From Vulcanimicrobiota bacterium (GTDB lineage Bacteria; Vulcanimicrobiota; Vulcanimicrobiia; Vulcanimicrobiales; Vulcanimicrobiaceae), in NCBI GenBank assembly GCA_963714015.1, contig OY970223.1, positions 352,001 through 416,000 of the forward strand: DNA of 64,000 bases. The letters are read 5' to 3'. Below, piece by piece: positions 52,646-62,778 of this stretch. The stretch's first letter is position 1. Every line of letters starts with the position of its first letter. A program made the position numbers and the translations under genes. The notes under the pieces were generated by a model. The model made no database searches. It was not told the DNA's origin and saw only the letters and a program-made list of their open reading frames with translations.

Positions 52646-54894
52646 CGCACCGTCCCCCGGCCGCTGCGAATTTCGTAACGGATCGACCACGTGCGCGCAA
52701 TCGGGACTCCGAGGAATTGAACGGATCCGCTCGTCGTGGGGGAAGCGGCAGCGAACGCCGGAGACGTAAACCTTCCGGCATCCTCGTTGAACAAGTTTTG
52801 CACCGAAAACACGATCGCTCCGTTATTGACGTTGAAACGAATGCCGGCCGAAGTACTACTGTACGCCGGCAAGTGCGCTGCGTTATTTGCGTCGACGAAA
52901 GCCGTTCCTACTCCAACGGTTACCGCCGGAGTGTGGTATGAGAATATCGCGCTCGCGCGATGCAGCGGCACGTTCCAGATTTGCGAGCCTGGGATCAGCG
53001 TTGAATTCTCGCCCGCAGGGAGCGCCGGCACGCCGGCAGCCGTCGCCGCATACGTCTCATAAGCCACGGCAAGATTGAAATTAGCGCCTAACGGCGAGTT
53101 GACGGAGGCGTACCATTCCTTGTCGACGCGCAGCGGCACGGTTACGTAGTGCATGAGATACAAATCGCTTGCGGTCAGCGGGCCACCGCCGCACAAGTAA
53201 GCGTATTGCTCGTTGAGTGCTTGCAAATAGCCGGACGGCAATGCGGCGCCCCCGGCCTGGGCGGCGACAACTAGCGCATCCTTCGTCGCGTCGTAAAATC
53301 CGCCGAGCGTGACGTTCGCCCTTCGCAGGCGTCGCGTTATCGCAGCCGTGACTCCCGCGCTGTGCGGGGGGTCGGGCGTGACCTGGCTCGGGCCGGAGGC
53401 GTAAGCGGCGTGCGAGCTGCAGTCGAAATCGGCAGCTCCGGGCACGGCAAGGCGGAGCGCCTGCGCGTAATACGTTTCGATGGTCTGTGTTTGCGCGGTA
53501 TATGCGTCCCACTTTAAGCGCGTAGCGTTACTCCAAGCCGAACCTTCGATGGATGCATTGACGTGCGCAGCCGCGAATGCTCCGGTTCTCGCGCCGAACT
53601 GACCGTCCCGGTGACCGACGACGAACGGCCGGTGCGATTGTAACTCATTGAGGCCGTCGTTCCGGAGCTTTTCGAGACCGTTTCAAACGGCTGTGCGTAC
53701 GCATCGGCTATCGTTTCGGTGTTGCTGAGCGAGAGCGTTGCGCTGTTTTGCCCGAAGCGCCGCGTAAAATTCAACATGTCGTAGCGTCCAGAGTATCCGA
53801 ACCCGGTGTAGTCGGAATCGGCGTTCCTTCCGCCAGCGCATCGATGTCGTCATCGTCCGCCGAACCGGCATACGCGACGTGCAGCGCAGTCCAATCGTCA
53901 CGTCCGCGCGTTTGCGCCGCGCGAATATAGCCGTCAAGCATTCGCGTCCGCTCGGTGTTGCCCGGGCCCGAACCTTCCGCAATCCCGCCGGGATCGACCA
54001 GCGAGAGTTGTGCGTTACGCCGGTCACTGCCCAGTGCCACTGCACTCACGCGAGCGCCGCCCAACCGGAATTCCACGTCCGCAGAGGCGGCCAGCTCGTG
54101 TTCGTTCGCCGAATGATCGTAGGCCGCTCCGCTTTGATCGAAAAACGTTTGGCCCGCAAGGGCGCCTTCGCCCAAGCGATCGGAGAGCACGAAGGCATAG
54201 TTCGGCCCCGTCAGCGTTCCTTTCAGCGCTTCATCGCCTTGCGATCCGCTCAGGATCGAGAGCTGCTGCTGCGGCGTGCCCGTCGGGCTTTGAAGATGAA
54301 GGTTCGGCGTAATCGAGCCGTCATCGGCTTGATCCGGAGTGAACGATTCGACGAGATCGCTTGGAACCGTAAAACGCGATTCCTGGCCTGTAGGGAGCGT
54401 GAGCGGCGTGCCGTTCAGTTCCAACGGTCCGGATCCGCCTTCGGATGCAGAGCGGTAATTCGGCACGAAATTCAGCGAATCGGTCACGCTGCCGCTGATG
54501 ATTGCGGCGACGCTCGCGGTGTTCGTCTGCAGCGCCCGAGCGGGAGCTTGGCGACGACCGAATCAATCGTTCGCAGCCCGAACGTCAAATCGAGCGTCGG
54601 ACTGTCGGCGACTTGTACCGGCGATGCGCCGTCTTTGCGCCGTGCAAAGATCGGAGTGCCTGCGACGGTTTCGACAGTCGCCCGCCCGTCGGATCCCGTG
54701 ACGCCGATATATCGCTCGGCGTCGCGGTCCTTCGCGTAAATCGACGCCGCGGAAACGGGGTGGCCCGTCGCGTCGCGCACGAAGACTTGCACCGTCATCA
54801 GTTGCGGACTTTGAACCTGGCCTGCCGATGCGGTCCCGGCAAGAGAAGCTGCGAGAGCAACGGCGCTCAGCACGTAACAAAGAAGCCTAGCCAT
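52642..54894 (-). CDS. TonB-dependent-receptor-like outer membrane protein (several frameshifts)
   Basis: Signal peptide; carboxypeptidase-regulatory-like N-domain (VRDATGHPVSAASI); beta-strand-rich body; C-terminal SVQNLFN...PIARTWSIRY. Confidence 0.65.
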
Positions 54895-55631
54895 AGCAAG
54901 CGTTTTCGTTACGGCGATATCCCCAAATAGCCAGTGCACCGAAGAGCGTTGCGTAAATCGCCAACGTCACGAATGCCGTCACGGTCGAGGGGTCTCCGCC
55001 AACGGCCGACCACACCAGCTCGCCGTATTGACGGGTCGGGCTGAACGGTGAAATCGCAGCGACTACCGGCGGCAGAAACTGCGGCGGAAGCCACAGCCCG
55101 CCGATGAACGCAAGCGGCAAGTAGGTGAGATCGGTAATGGGCACCGACGTCTTCGGGCTGGTCCAGTAGCCGATTGAAAGGCCCATGACGCCGAAAACGC
55201 CTCCGCCAATCAGTAGTGCAACGGCAAACCGGAGCCAAGCGACGGCGGATAACGTAACGTGTCCGAGCAGAATCGCGCAAGCAATGACCAGCGCCGCCGT
55301 CGCGGTCGCGAAGATCAATGCGCAGACGAGGCGCGATGCGACACGCACGCCGGCGCCCAGCGGCAGCGTCCGAAGATATGAATCCAGACGGACGCGCGAT
55401 CGTGCGCGATTCCGACGCCGAATTGAAAGAGCGCAACGCCGATTACCGCGAACACAGCGTACGATGCCAGCGCGTAACGAGCAGATCCGCGTTCTTCGAG
55501 TACGCCAATCCGAAGAATACGTAAAGCATCGTCGGAAGGGCAAGCGACGGAACGGAGTACGCCGGCACCCGCAGCAGTTCCAAAGTAGAAAATCGTGTAT
55601 CGAGCCAAAAGTTTCTGAGCGTCTCACTCAT
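54887..55631 (-). CDS. ABC-2 exporter permease (frameshifted)
   Basis: ELLRVPAYSVPSLALPTMLYVFFG...LRTLP...YLPLAFIGGLWLP...LP. Confidence 0.8.
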
Positions 55632-56478
55632 GATGCCCTCCAACCATTCTCAAGAAGACGTCCTCGAGCGAAGGCGCGGCGATTTCGAGATCGCGATAAG
55701 GGATATTTCTCTAGAACAATTCGCGCACGACCGCGTCGGGGTCGGAAGTAACGATGCTGTACCGGTTTCCGGCGATCGTCGCATTGGCGATTGGCGCCGG
55801 AACGGTATCGCTGGTGAAGGAAACTTTGCGAGCGCCGGACTGCGCGGATCGCGGCGATCGGCGCGTCGTCAAGACGCGTCCACAGGACATGACTATCGCG
55901 CGCGAAGCCAACGCTTCGGCTTCCTGCAGGTAATGCGTCGTGAGCAGAACGGTTGTTCGGCTTGCGACGATTCGGAAATCGCATGCCACACGCGCGCGTC
56001 TTCTACGTCGAACTGGTTGTGGGCCGTCCAAGACGACGAGCTGCGTTTCCGGTAATGCGAGCGCCGAACTGAGCGCCGCTGCTCGCGCCGCTTAGGCCGC
56101 AACTTGGCGGCGCGCGAGTTTCGAAAGACGAAACGCTCGAGCAGCGCGCCGAGCGGCACAGGATTCCGCGCAGCGTCCAAACGTAGCCGGCGACTCGCAG
56201 ACGTCATGGCGGCCGGCAGTCGTTGTTTTGCTGCGTAACCGATCAGACGCCGCGTGCGCATGGAAAGAGGCCGCTCTCCAAAGACGCGCACGTACCGCCG
56301 TCGAACGCCAGCTCCAGCACGCTGATCGTCGTTGTCTTACCGGCGCCGTTAGGTCCAGAAGCGCTACGCGTCTCCTGCTTTAATGTCGAACGAGACGTCC
56401 TTTACGGCGGCGGCTCCGCCGTAGGATTTGTGCAAATTGCGCACGGCGATGACTGTTTCAGTTTTGAGCGATATACAC
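55628..56478 (-). CDS. ABC exporter ATP-binding subunit (many indels)
   Basis: VRNLHKSYG...GPNGAGKTT; VLLTTHYLQEAEALA; SLEDVFL. Confidence 0.75.
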
Positions 56479-56479
56479 G

Positions 56480-56998
56480 GGATAGGTCCCCTTTCAGATT
56501 TAGGCGCGCGCTTTGCGCAAGCACGATCTCGTTATAGGTGACGTGCGCGACGATCGCCGCGCCCACCGAACGGTGAGCAGCGCAGCAGACGAAGACTAAG
56601 CCGTCGCCGGATGGTGCGACGCGCGCGGATTGACGACGCGTGCATCACGCAAATCCGGCGGTCGTCAGCAGCAGGGCAGCTGCGGACATGGCCGCGCAGT
56701 TCACGCCAGCCTCTCCAGATGATCTCTTCGGACGCCGCAACGACCGCAAGCGCCGTTCCGGTCAAGGCAAACTTTCGAAGCGTTGCGGCGTCCGCAAAGT
56801 ATGGAGGCTTCGGAAGCCGCCGAACAACACGGCGTAGAGCGCCGCGCCCATCAGAGCGCCGAGCAACAGCAGCGGCAGATCCGAAGACATCCGTGCGGTT
56901 ACGCTTGCGTCGATCGCCAAAATTGCGGCGGCGACGATCGCCTGCAGCACGAATCCGGCAAGTACGACGTTGCTCGTTGCGGCAGCATTACCGAACAC
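56480..56998 (-). CDS. CPBP (Abi/CAAX) intramembrane metalloprotease (many indels; ends approximate)
   Basis: Hydrophobic segments; EEIIWRG and AHVTYN motifs. Confidence 0.65.
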
Positions 56999-57803
56999 AT
57001 GCTACGCTGTAGATGATGCCTTCGTTGACGCGTCGTTGTTGAGCATCGCGTCGATGTCTTTTTCGTAAAAACGCCGAGCGGAAGCGCGCCAAGCCCAGCG
57101 ATATCGCAGTCAGCAGAGCGTTTTGCGCAACATGGCCGGCCTCGAGGATCGTAAACGGTACGCGCGCAGGCGGTATTTGAGCGGCAGCGCCAAAACGCCG
57201 CACTTATCAGCAGAGTGATGGACGAGGTGTCAACGGCCTCCGGATAGATGCACGCTTCGGCCAGCTTGCGTAGGCGATCTCGGAGATTCGCACGAGACGG
57301 TGATCGGGCGAATCGTAGAAGTAATGCCGCACGGCAGGCCGTCGACGCGATGCACCGCGACGTAGTTGTCCAGCGGGAACAGCCGCCGCCGGAAGGCGCC
57401 GTGCGGAGAAGCTGCTGGCCGCACCGTTCTTGAGTTTGACGCGCTTGGTCACGCCGTAGGCCGAGACAAGATCGTCGCAACTTGCACGAGCGTTATCGGC
57501 TTGGAGAGAATGATTGACTTGACCTGCGCCGCTGCAAGAGGTCGCCGAGCGTCGTGTCCCCGATTCGGGCGCCGGCAGATCCACGGAGGAAGATGCCGGA
57601 TTCGCTTCGAGGACCGCAGGGTGCTAATCAGCGCGTTCGGATTGGTCTGGATCAAGTATGCATTGGTTTGACGCAACGCGCGCGAACGGTAGAGGCTGGA
57701 GGCCTCGTGATAGCACTCGGCCGGATCGTCAAACAGTCTTCTGCGCGACGTCTTCACTGCCGTAAACCAGTTCGAGTGCGTTGATCGTTCTGTATTTCGT
57801 CAT
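56988..57803 (-). CDS. SagB/ThcOx-type FMN azoline dehydrogenase (many indels)
   Basis: YHEAS N-terminus; PS.G..FPL-like segment; ILEAGHVAQNALLTAISLGL. Confidence 0.75.
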
Positions 57804-57815
57804 TTTCTCTGCCTA

Positions 57816-59155
57816 TTAAGGAAAGGGATGCGGAAAATGGTTGATCTCGTGGGGGTCGAGCCGCCGTCCCAGTAAACCTTCGGACACGCCGCCGGTGTAG
57901 ATGCGATCGATTCCAAGGAAACGGTGGGCGTGCTCGGAGTCTATCTGGCACAGCTCAGGACAGAACGCTCGCACAACGCGCAGACCGAGTTGCCGCAAGT
58001 CGGGGGCGGTGACGTCTACGGCGTAGACTTCCATTCCGCGCTGTCCCAAGCGGTTTACGATCGCGTCAATCTGCTCGCACACGGAGGGCCCGCTTACCGG
58101 CGGGACTTCCCTCACGTGCCGGCTCTGCGTCGCCGAGTCCATAAACGCCGACTCTTCGCCATGCGAGCCAAAAGCGTGCAGCGCCACATGGTCTTCGAAA
58201 TCGCGGACTTGCGAAAAATCGCCGTCGGGCTCGGTCCAATCAGGATTGAGAAAGCGCATTTGCCGCGCCCAGGCATATGTCTGGAATGCTTCGCGCACCG
58301 CTTTGCCGGCAGCGTCGATCATGGTTCGCGCGCTCGCGGCGCCGGTCGCGAGTTGCACATAGCCGGTTTCGTCGCGCACGAGCGCCATCGCACTGGGCAC
58401 GTCGCAGAAAGGCGACAAGTCTACGACGGTGTAGCGCAACCCCTTGACGTTATAGTACGTATCGTGATTGAGTTCCATCTCGGCAACTCCGGTACAATCG
58501 ACGATCGGCATCGAGAGCCGCGTGTACCACATCAGCAAAAACGCGTCGCGTTCGACCAGTTCGTATAAGCCCGACAGCAGCGCCTCTTCAAACGTGGGCG
58601 CGCAGGCAACGCCGGAACTCGTGCTGTAGACTACGCGCGGCTCTTCCGGCCGGCGATGTTCGGGCAGATAGCAAAACGCCGAAGGGATCCAAACGGCCTC
58701 ACCCGATCGCAGGTTGGTTCCACGCACCCAGTGCGCCGGCGTGTCGTCGTCGAAGGCGACGAACTTGTCGGTCGTTTCGTATTGCGCTTTCGAAAAGAAG
58801 TTCAAATGCGCGGTAGGCACATGCGGGCCTTCCAGCTCGCGCGCCGTCGAAAAGTGGAGTCTTCGAGCGGAACGTACGAGAGCGAGTACCGCTCTGCCGC
58901 CTCTCCAAGCGCAGCGGCCAACGCCCGGTCGCGGTGCGGATGAATTCCGCCGCTATACAGCGGAACCGAGGCGCCGATGGTCAACTGCGAATCCGCCGCC
59001 AAGCACGTGACGTGCCACATGCGCGGATCGCTGGGCTGGGCCATCATGTGAAAGCGCAGATGCGCGATGCCGGTATACGGCGAGAGCAATTTCTTGAGGA
59101 CCGGCAGCGATTGCTCGAGCGGGGTCACGCCGCTGGGCCGCTTCAACGTATCCAT
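57816..59155 (-). CDS. YcaO cyclodehydratase, azoline-forming (frameshift near 58850)
   Basis: LSPYTGI, ALGEAAERYS, STSSGVAC, LYELVERDAF and C-terminal PHPFP. Confidence 0.92.
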
Positions 59156-59157
59156 GA

Positions 59158-60104
59158 TTAGCTCTCGTACCAGGGCGACGGGGCGGCAACGTTCACGCGG
59201 CCGGAACATTCTGGACAGCGCGGTACGCGTAAGACGTCGTGCGATGAGATCCCGCGATCGCCGAGCGGCGCAAGCGAAATCAGCGTTCCGACCAGCGCTG
59301 GATCGGATGCACCGATCCAGCGCAACGCGTACGTGACGGCGAGGCCGGCAGCCATCATATCAATGGGCATGCATTGCTCGAACGCCGCCTCGGCTTCGTC
59401 GAGCTCAGATACTCCGCGGGGTACTTCACATTGGAAGCGCGCCGCAGTTGAAAGCAGGCGTAACACGCGGTTTCGCCCGGAACGAACAGCGGCCCGATTG
59501 CGGAGAACCGTCCATCGTATGGAAGAATCTGCAGCCACGGCTGCTTTTTGAGGATCGCGGCCTTGTTGATTTCCCGCAGGCGGCTCAACTCGCCCGTCGC
59601 CGGAGCGACGATTGCGAGATCGACTTCCTCGTCGTCAAAACTGGAGAAACTCGAGGTTTGCGCGCCCTCTATTCCGGAGCACAAGAGTCCCCGGAGAACC
59701 TCGCTCGCAGCATTGCTGGACCCTATGACGGAGATGCGCGCGCTTGCGAGGCGATCGCGGACGATTTCGGTCGAGCTTGCACCCCCGATCGATGAGAAGA
59801 AGACGGAAGTGCGCGTCAGCTTATCCTTTTCTGCGGGAAGCGTTCCGTCCATGAGCAGATCGTAGCGTTCCAGCAAACCGATCGCGGCATTGACGACCTG
59901 CGCATCGCTTCCGGAAATCGAAGCGATGTCTTCGACGCTGTGCCGCCCGTCCAGCACGGGCAGCAACTTTGGAAGGATCGCGCCGGCAGCGCGGCCCTTG
60001 AGGCAGATGACCGAGTCGCCGTAGTGGAAGATTACTTGGTCGTCATGCTTGTAGACGCGATACCAGGGTTTGAAGGCTTTGGTTGGCGCAATAGGATCCG
60101 TCAC
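59158..60104 (-). CDS. TOMM leader-binding (RRE + ThiF/E1-like) protein (frameshift near 59405)
   Basis: LDGRHSVEDI RRE; IGPLFVPGETACYAC; VLRVPRCPEC; GTG start after GAGGAG. Confidence 0.88.
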
Positions 60105-60153
60105 GTTATAACTCCTCGGTGAAACGGGGTATAAGAGAGCTGACACCCGGGCC

Positions 60154-60201
60154 CCGGGGGACGCGAGTTTGCCGCGATAATCGACAAACTTGTGCCCCCG
60201 G
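60154..60201 (-). terminator. Long imperfect hairpin between the precursor and the first enzyme gene
   Basis: ccggggg-acgcgagtttgccg / cgacaaacttgtg-cccccgg. Confidence 0.5.
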
Positions 60202-60218
60202 TTGAAGTGTGCTGCTTC

Positions 60219-60356
60219 CTAGAGAAGCGACACTTTGCAGGTTGTGGACGACGTGCACGTGCTGCTGGCAGCCAGACCCGTTGCATCTTCGTCACCGCCG
60301 ATTTCGGTTACGCTTACGTCGAGCAGTTGGTCGATGTTCTCGGTGATTTGTTCCAT
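60219..60356 (-). CDS. RiPP precursor peptide (45 aa)
   Basis: AAGGAG RBS; MEQITENIDQLLDVSVTEIGGDEDATGLAA-SSTCTSSTTCKVSLL, an acidic leader plus Ser/Thr/Cys core directly upstream of the E1 and YcaO genes. Confidence 0.9.
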   Translation of the reverse strand: MEQITENIDQLLDVSVTEIGGDEDATGLAASSTCTSSTTCKVSLL

Positions 60357-60426
60357 GGTTTTCTCCTTCAGTTGTGTTGTGGGGTTTTTTACAGGCCGGA
60401 CGCTCGGAGCGCGTTGATCCTGCATC

Positions 60427-61075
60427 TTATTGCGACAATTCCCACTGGTAGTTGATGGGAATGTCGGTGTACGTGTGCACGATTTCATGCACGTCGAAAT
60501 GCGTAGCGCTAAAAGCGCCGTTGAGAAAAGCGAGTCGTCCGTTGACCTTGACGTCTTCGCCCACGGTGAATCCATGCGCGATCACGATGTTAGAGTACGT
60601 TCCCGATACCGTCAGGCTGGCGCGATCGCCGGCATTCTGCGAGACGACTTTGACCGGCACGTTTTTCCACTCGGTTTGCGAAACTTTGACCGGCACGACT
60701 GCGCTCCAGACGGCATGCGCAGGCTCTAAGGTTGGCGATATTCGTTCGCAGCACGAGCGGGATCGTGTTGTAAATCGTTACGATGTCGGACGGCGTTCCG
60801 GGCGATACGATCTCGCCGTCGGCGCTTACGGAAGCGTCGAGCGTATTGGTGGTTCCGTCCGTTCGGCGATAGGAAACCACTGCGCGATTCGAACCGGACT
60901 CGGCGACATGCAGAGGACTGGAGAGTGTCGTCGCTCCTCCGTCGGGCGAAACGTGCCCGACATAGTGGAAGTTCAGTGCGACCGAGTCGCCGGCGGCGTC
61001 TACGGGCGGACGCAGCGCTTGCGGCGCGGCGGTTCCGAGAAGAGCCGCGGCCAAAAGTACGGGAGAGATTCTCAT
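60427..61075 (-). CDS. Secreted hypothetical protein, paralog 3 (frameshift near 60725)
   Basis: AGGAG RBS, MRISPVLLAAALLG signal; continues into ORF 60427-60696. Confidence 0.65.
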
Positions 61076-61082
61076 GATGACG

Positions 61083-61771
61083 CTACTCCTGTTCCGGCGC
61101 GGTGCGCGCCATATGCCACTCCAGCGCATCGTTTGCGTCTGAGGTCCGGCGTTAACGAGTTCACTGGCGGCAAAATCGCAGCGATCGAATCCGGCCGGCG
61201 CGACGCGCAGCGCGAATTGGGCGGTGACGTCGATTGGAACGGTATATCCGGCGTAGGACGCAGTAAGCGTCTGCGAACCGGTCCCCTGAATGACCGCTCC
61301 GCCCGACCCGGCCGAGACGATCTTCAGTTGCACGGGCAGATAGCCAATCTGCCCGGAGTCACCGGTCTCGATCGGAACCTGTCCGTTCCACGTCGCACCC
61401 GGCTGCAGCAAAGGAGGCGCGCTCGCAAGCAGACCCGCAACCGTGTTGAATGAATCGATGCGGTTGCCGGCATCGCCCGAATCGATCGTCCCGTCGGCGG
61501 CGAGTTTGCCTGCCGCACTGGCGTTGTCGGTCGACGATTTTCCGGCCGTGACGATCCGAACCGAGCGCGCGTTTCCCACAGTAATCGTCGCGGTGCGATC
61601 GAAGACTACGCGCTGACCGTTCCAAAACGATCCGTCAAACTGCAGGTCGTACGAAATCGAGACTCCCGGCGAAGACGGTAAAAGTATGTGTGGGGCGCCG
61701 GCGACCGAACCTGCCGCGGTTGCGAGCAACCCGGCGAGCGTTGCGCTCGCGCCTCGCGTGAGGGCGTTCAT
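61083..61771 (-). CDS. Secreted hypothetical protein, paralog 2
   Basis: ATGA overlap with the upstream gene; signal peptide; likely ends ...WHMARTAPEQE* after an indel near 61120. Confidence 0.65.
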
Positions 61772-62511
61772 GAGTTCTTTCCTTTCAGATTGACTGTCCA
61801 GTGATACACGCCGCCGCCCGCCGGTACGTTGCGGCGCCCGTAGGTCTCGCGAGCGTACAAAGCCGCGTTCGTCAGCGTGCCGGCACGAAAAACCGCATTG
61901 ACGGAGACGGCGATGTCCGCAGTCAACGGGCTTCCGGCCGCCCCCGCTTGCAATCGGCGTTCGCCTTGTGCCGTAAGCGTTTGAACGTTGCCGTCCTCGC
62001 GCACGGAAACTCTGACCGGAACTGGCGCCGTCAGCGTATTGGATATCCAGCACATGGTCGTTGCGCGCCAGGTCGAACCGGCGACCGTCGAATCCGAATG
62101 CCCGAGCAGCGAGAGCAGCTCGTTGTAATCGAAGACTTGATCCGCAACACCTGAGGCGGTGTCGGGAACGACGATTCCAGCCGAGCCGAAATGCGCTTTT
62201 ATTGCGTTCGAGGTGCGGCTTTCGCGCTTCACGCCCAGATGCAGAATCTCGTCCTGCGTTACGCGGTCGTTCCGCCCGCTGACGATTACGGCGCCCTGCG
62301 CAATCTGCTTGAGATCGAGCAGGCCGAGATAGCGCTCGGAGTAACCGCCATAATCGGCTGAAAAGTCGAACACGTACGAAGCCGACGTCCCAGTGCCGCT
62401 CGGTAGAATATGCAGGCCGCTCGTTGGGAGCGCGACGGAGCCGCCGAACGTCCAGGTGAGGACGGCGATGCCGGCGATCCGGCCGAGGCGGTGGGCGCGC
62501 GAGTTTTTCAC
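61768..62511 (-). CDS. Secreted hypothetical protein, paralog 1
   Basis: GTG start 7 nt after the small-peptide stop; signal-like N-terminus; beta-rich. Confidence 0.65.
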   Translation of the reverse strand: MKNSRAHRLGRIAGIAVLTWTFGGSVALPTSGLHILPSGTGTSASYVFDFSADYGGYSERYLGLLDLKQIAQGAVIVSGRNDRVTQDEILHLGVKRESRTSNAIKAHFGSAGIVVPDTASGVADQVFDYNELLSLLGHSDSTVAGSTWRATTMCWISNTLTAPVPVRVSVREDGNVQTLTAQGERRLQAGAAGSPLTADIAVSVNAVFRAGTLTNAALYARETYGRRNVPAGGGVYHWTVNLKGKNS

Positions 62512-62518
62512 AGCAAGC

Positions 62519-62659
62519 CTACGGGTTCGGCTCGACCGTGTCGAACGGCCGCAGCACATGACCGGCGTGTCCGGTGTACGGATGGACCGTGAACTGCGCT
62601 TGGGCGGCGTGCGGGTGGACCAGCAGTAAGAATAAGAACAGAAACGCTTGCATCGTCAT
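62519..62659 (-). CDS. Small secreted peptide (46 aa), not in ORF track
   Basis: AAAAGGAG RBS; MTMQAFLFLFLLLVHPHAAQA-QFTVHPYTGHAGHVLRPFDTVEPNP*. Confidence 0.7.
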   Translation of the reverse strand: MTMQAFLFLFLLLVHPHAAQAQFTVHPYTGHAGHVLRPFDTVEPNP

Positions 62660-62778
62660 CACTCCTTTTGTGATGCGATGATAGGAGCGGCAGACTTACT
62701 GCGTATCTAGCGAATTCTTAGGCAGAGCGCTAACTATGAAGTTAACTAGGGGCCTGACTATATGCGATTCACCACTGG

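Noticed and set aside
47767..60356. Calling the cluster a thiopeptide or a class I lanthipeptide
   Set aside because: No separate pyridine synthase or LanC is visible in the window, so it is left as an azole/dehydro hybrid
60590..62053. 487-aa single ORF
   Set aside because: It contains two signal peptides and an internal RBS+ATG at 61075; these are two paralogues joined by an indel
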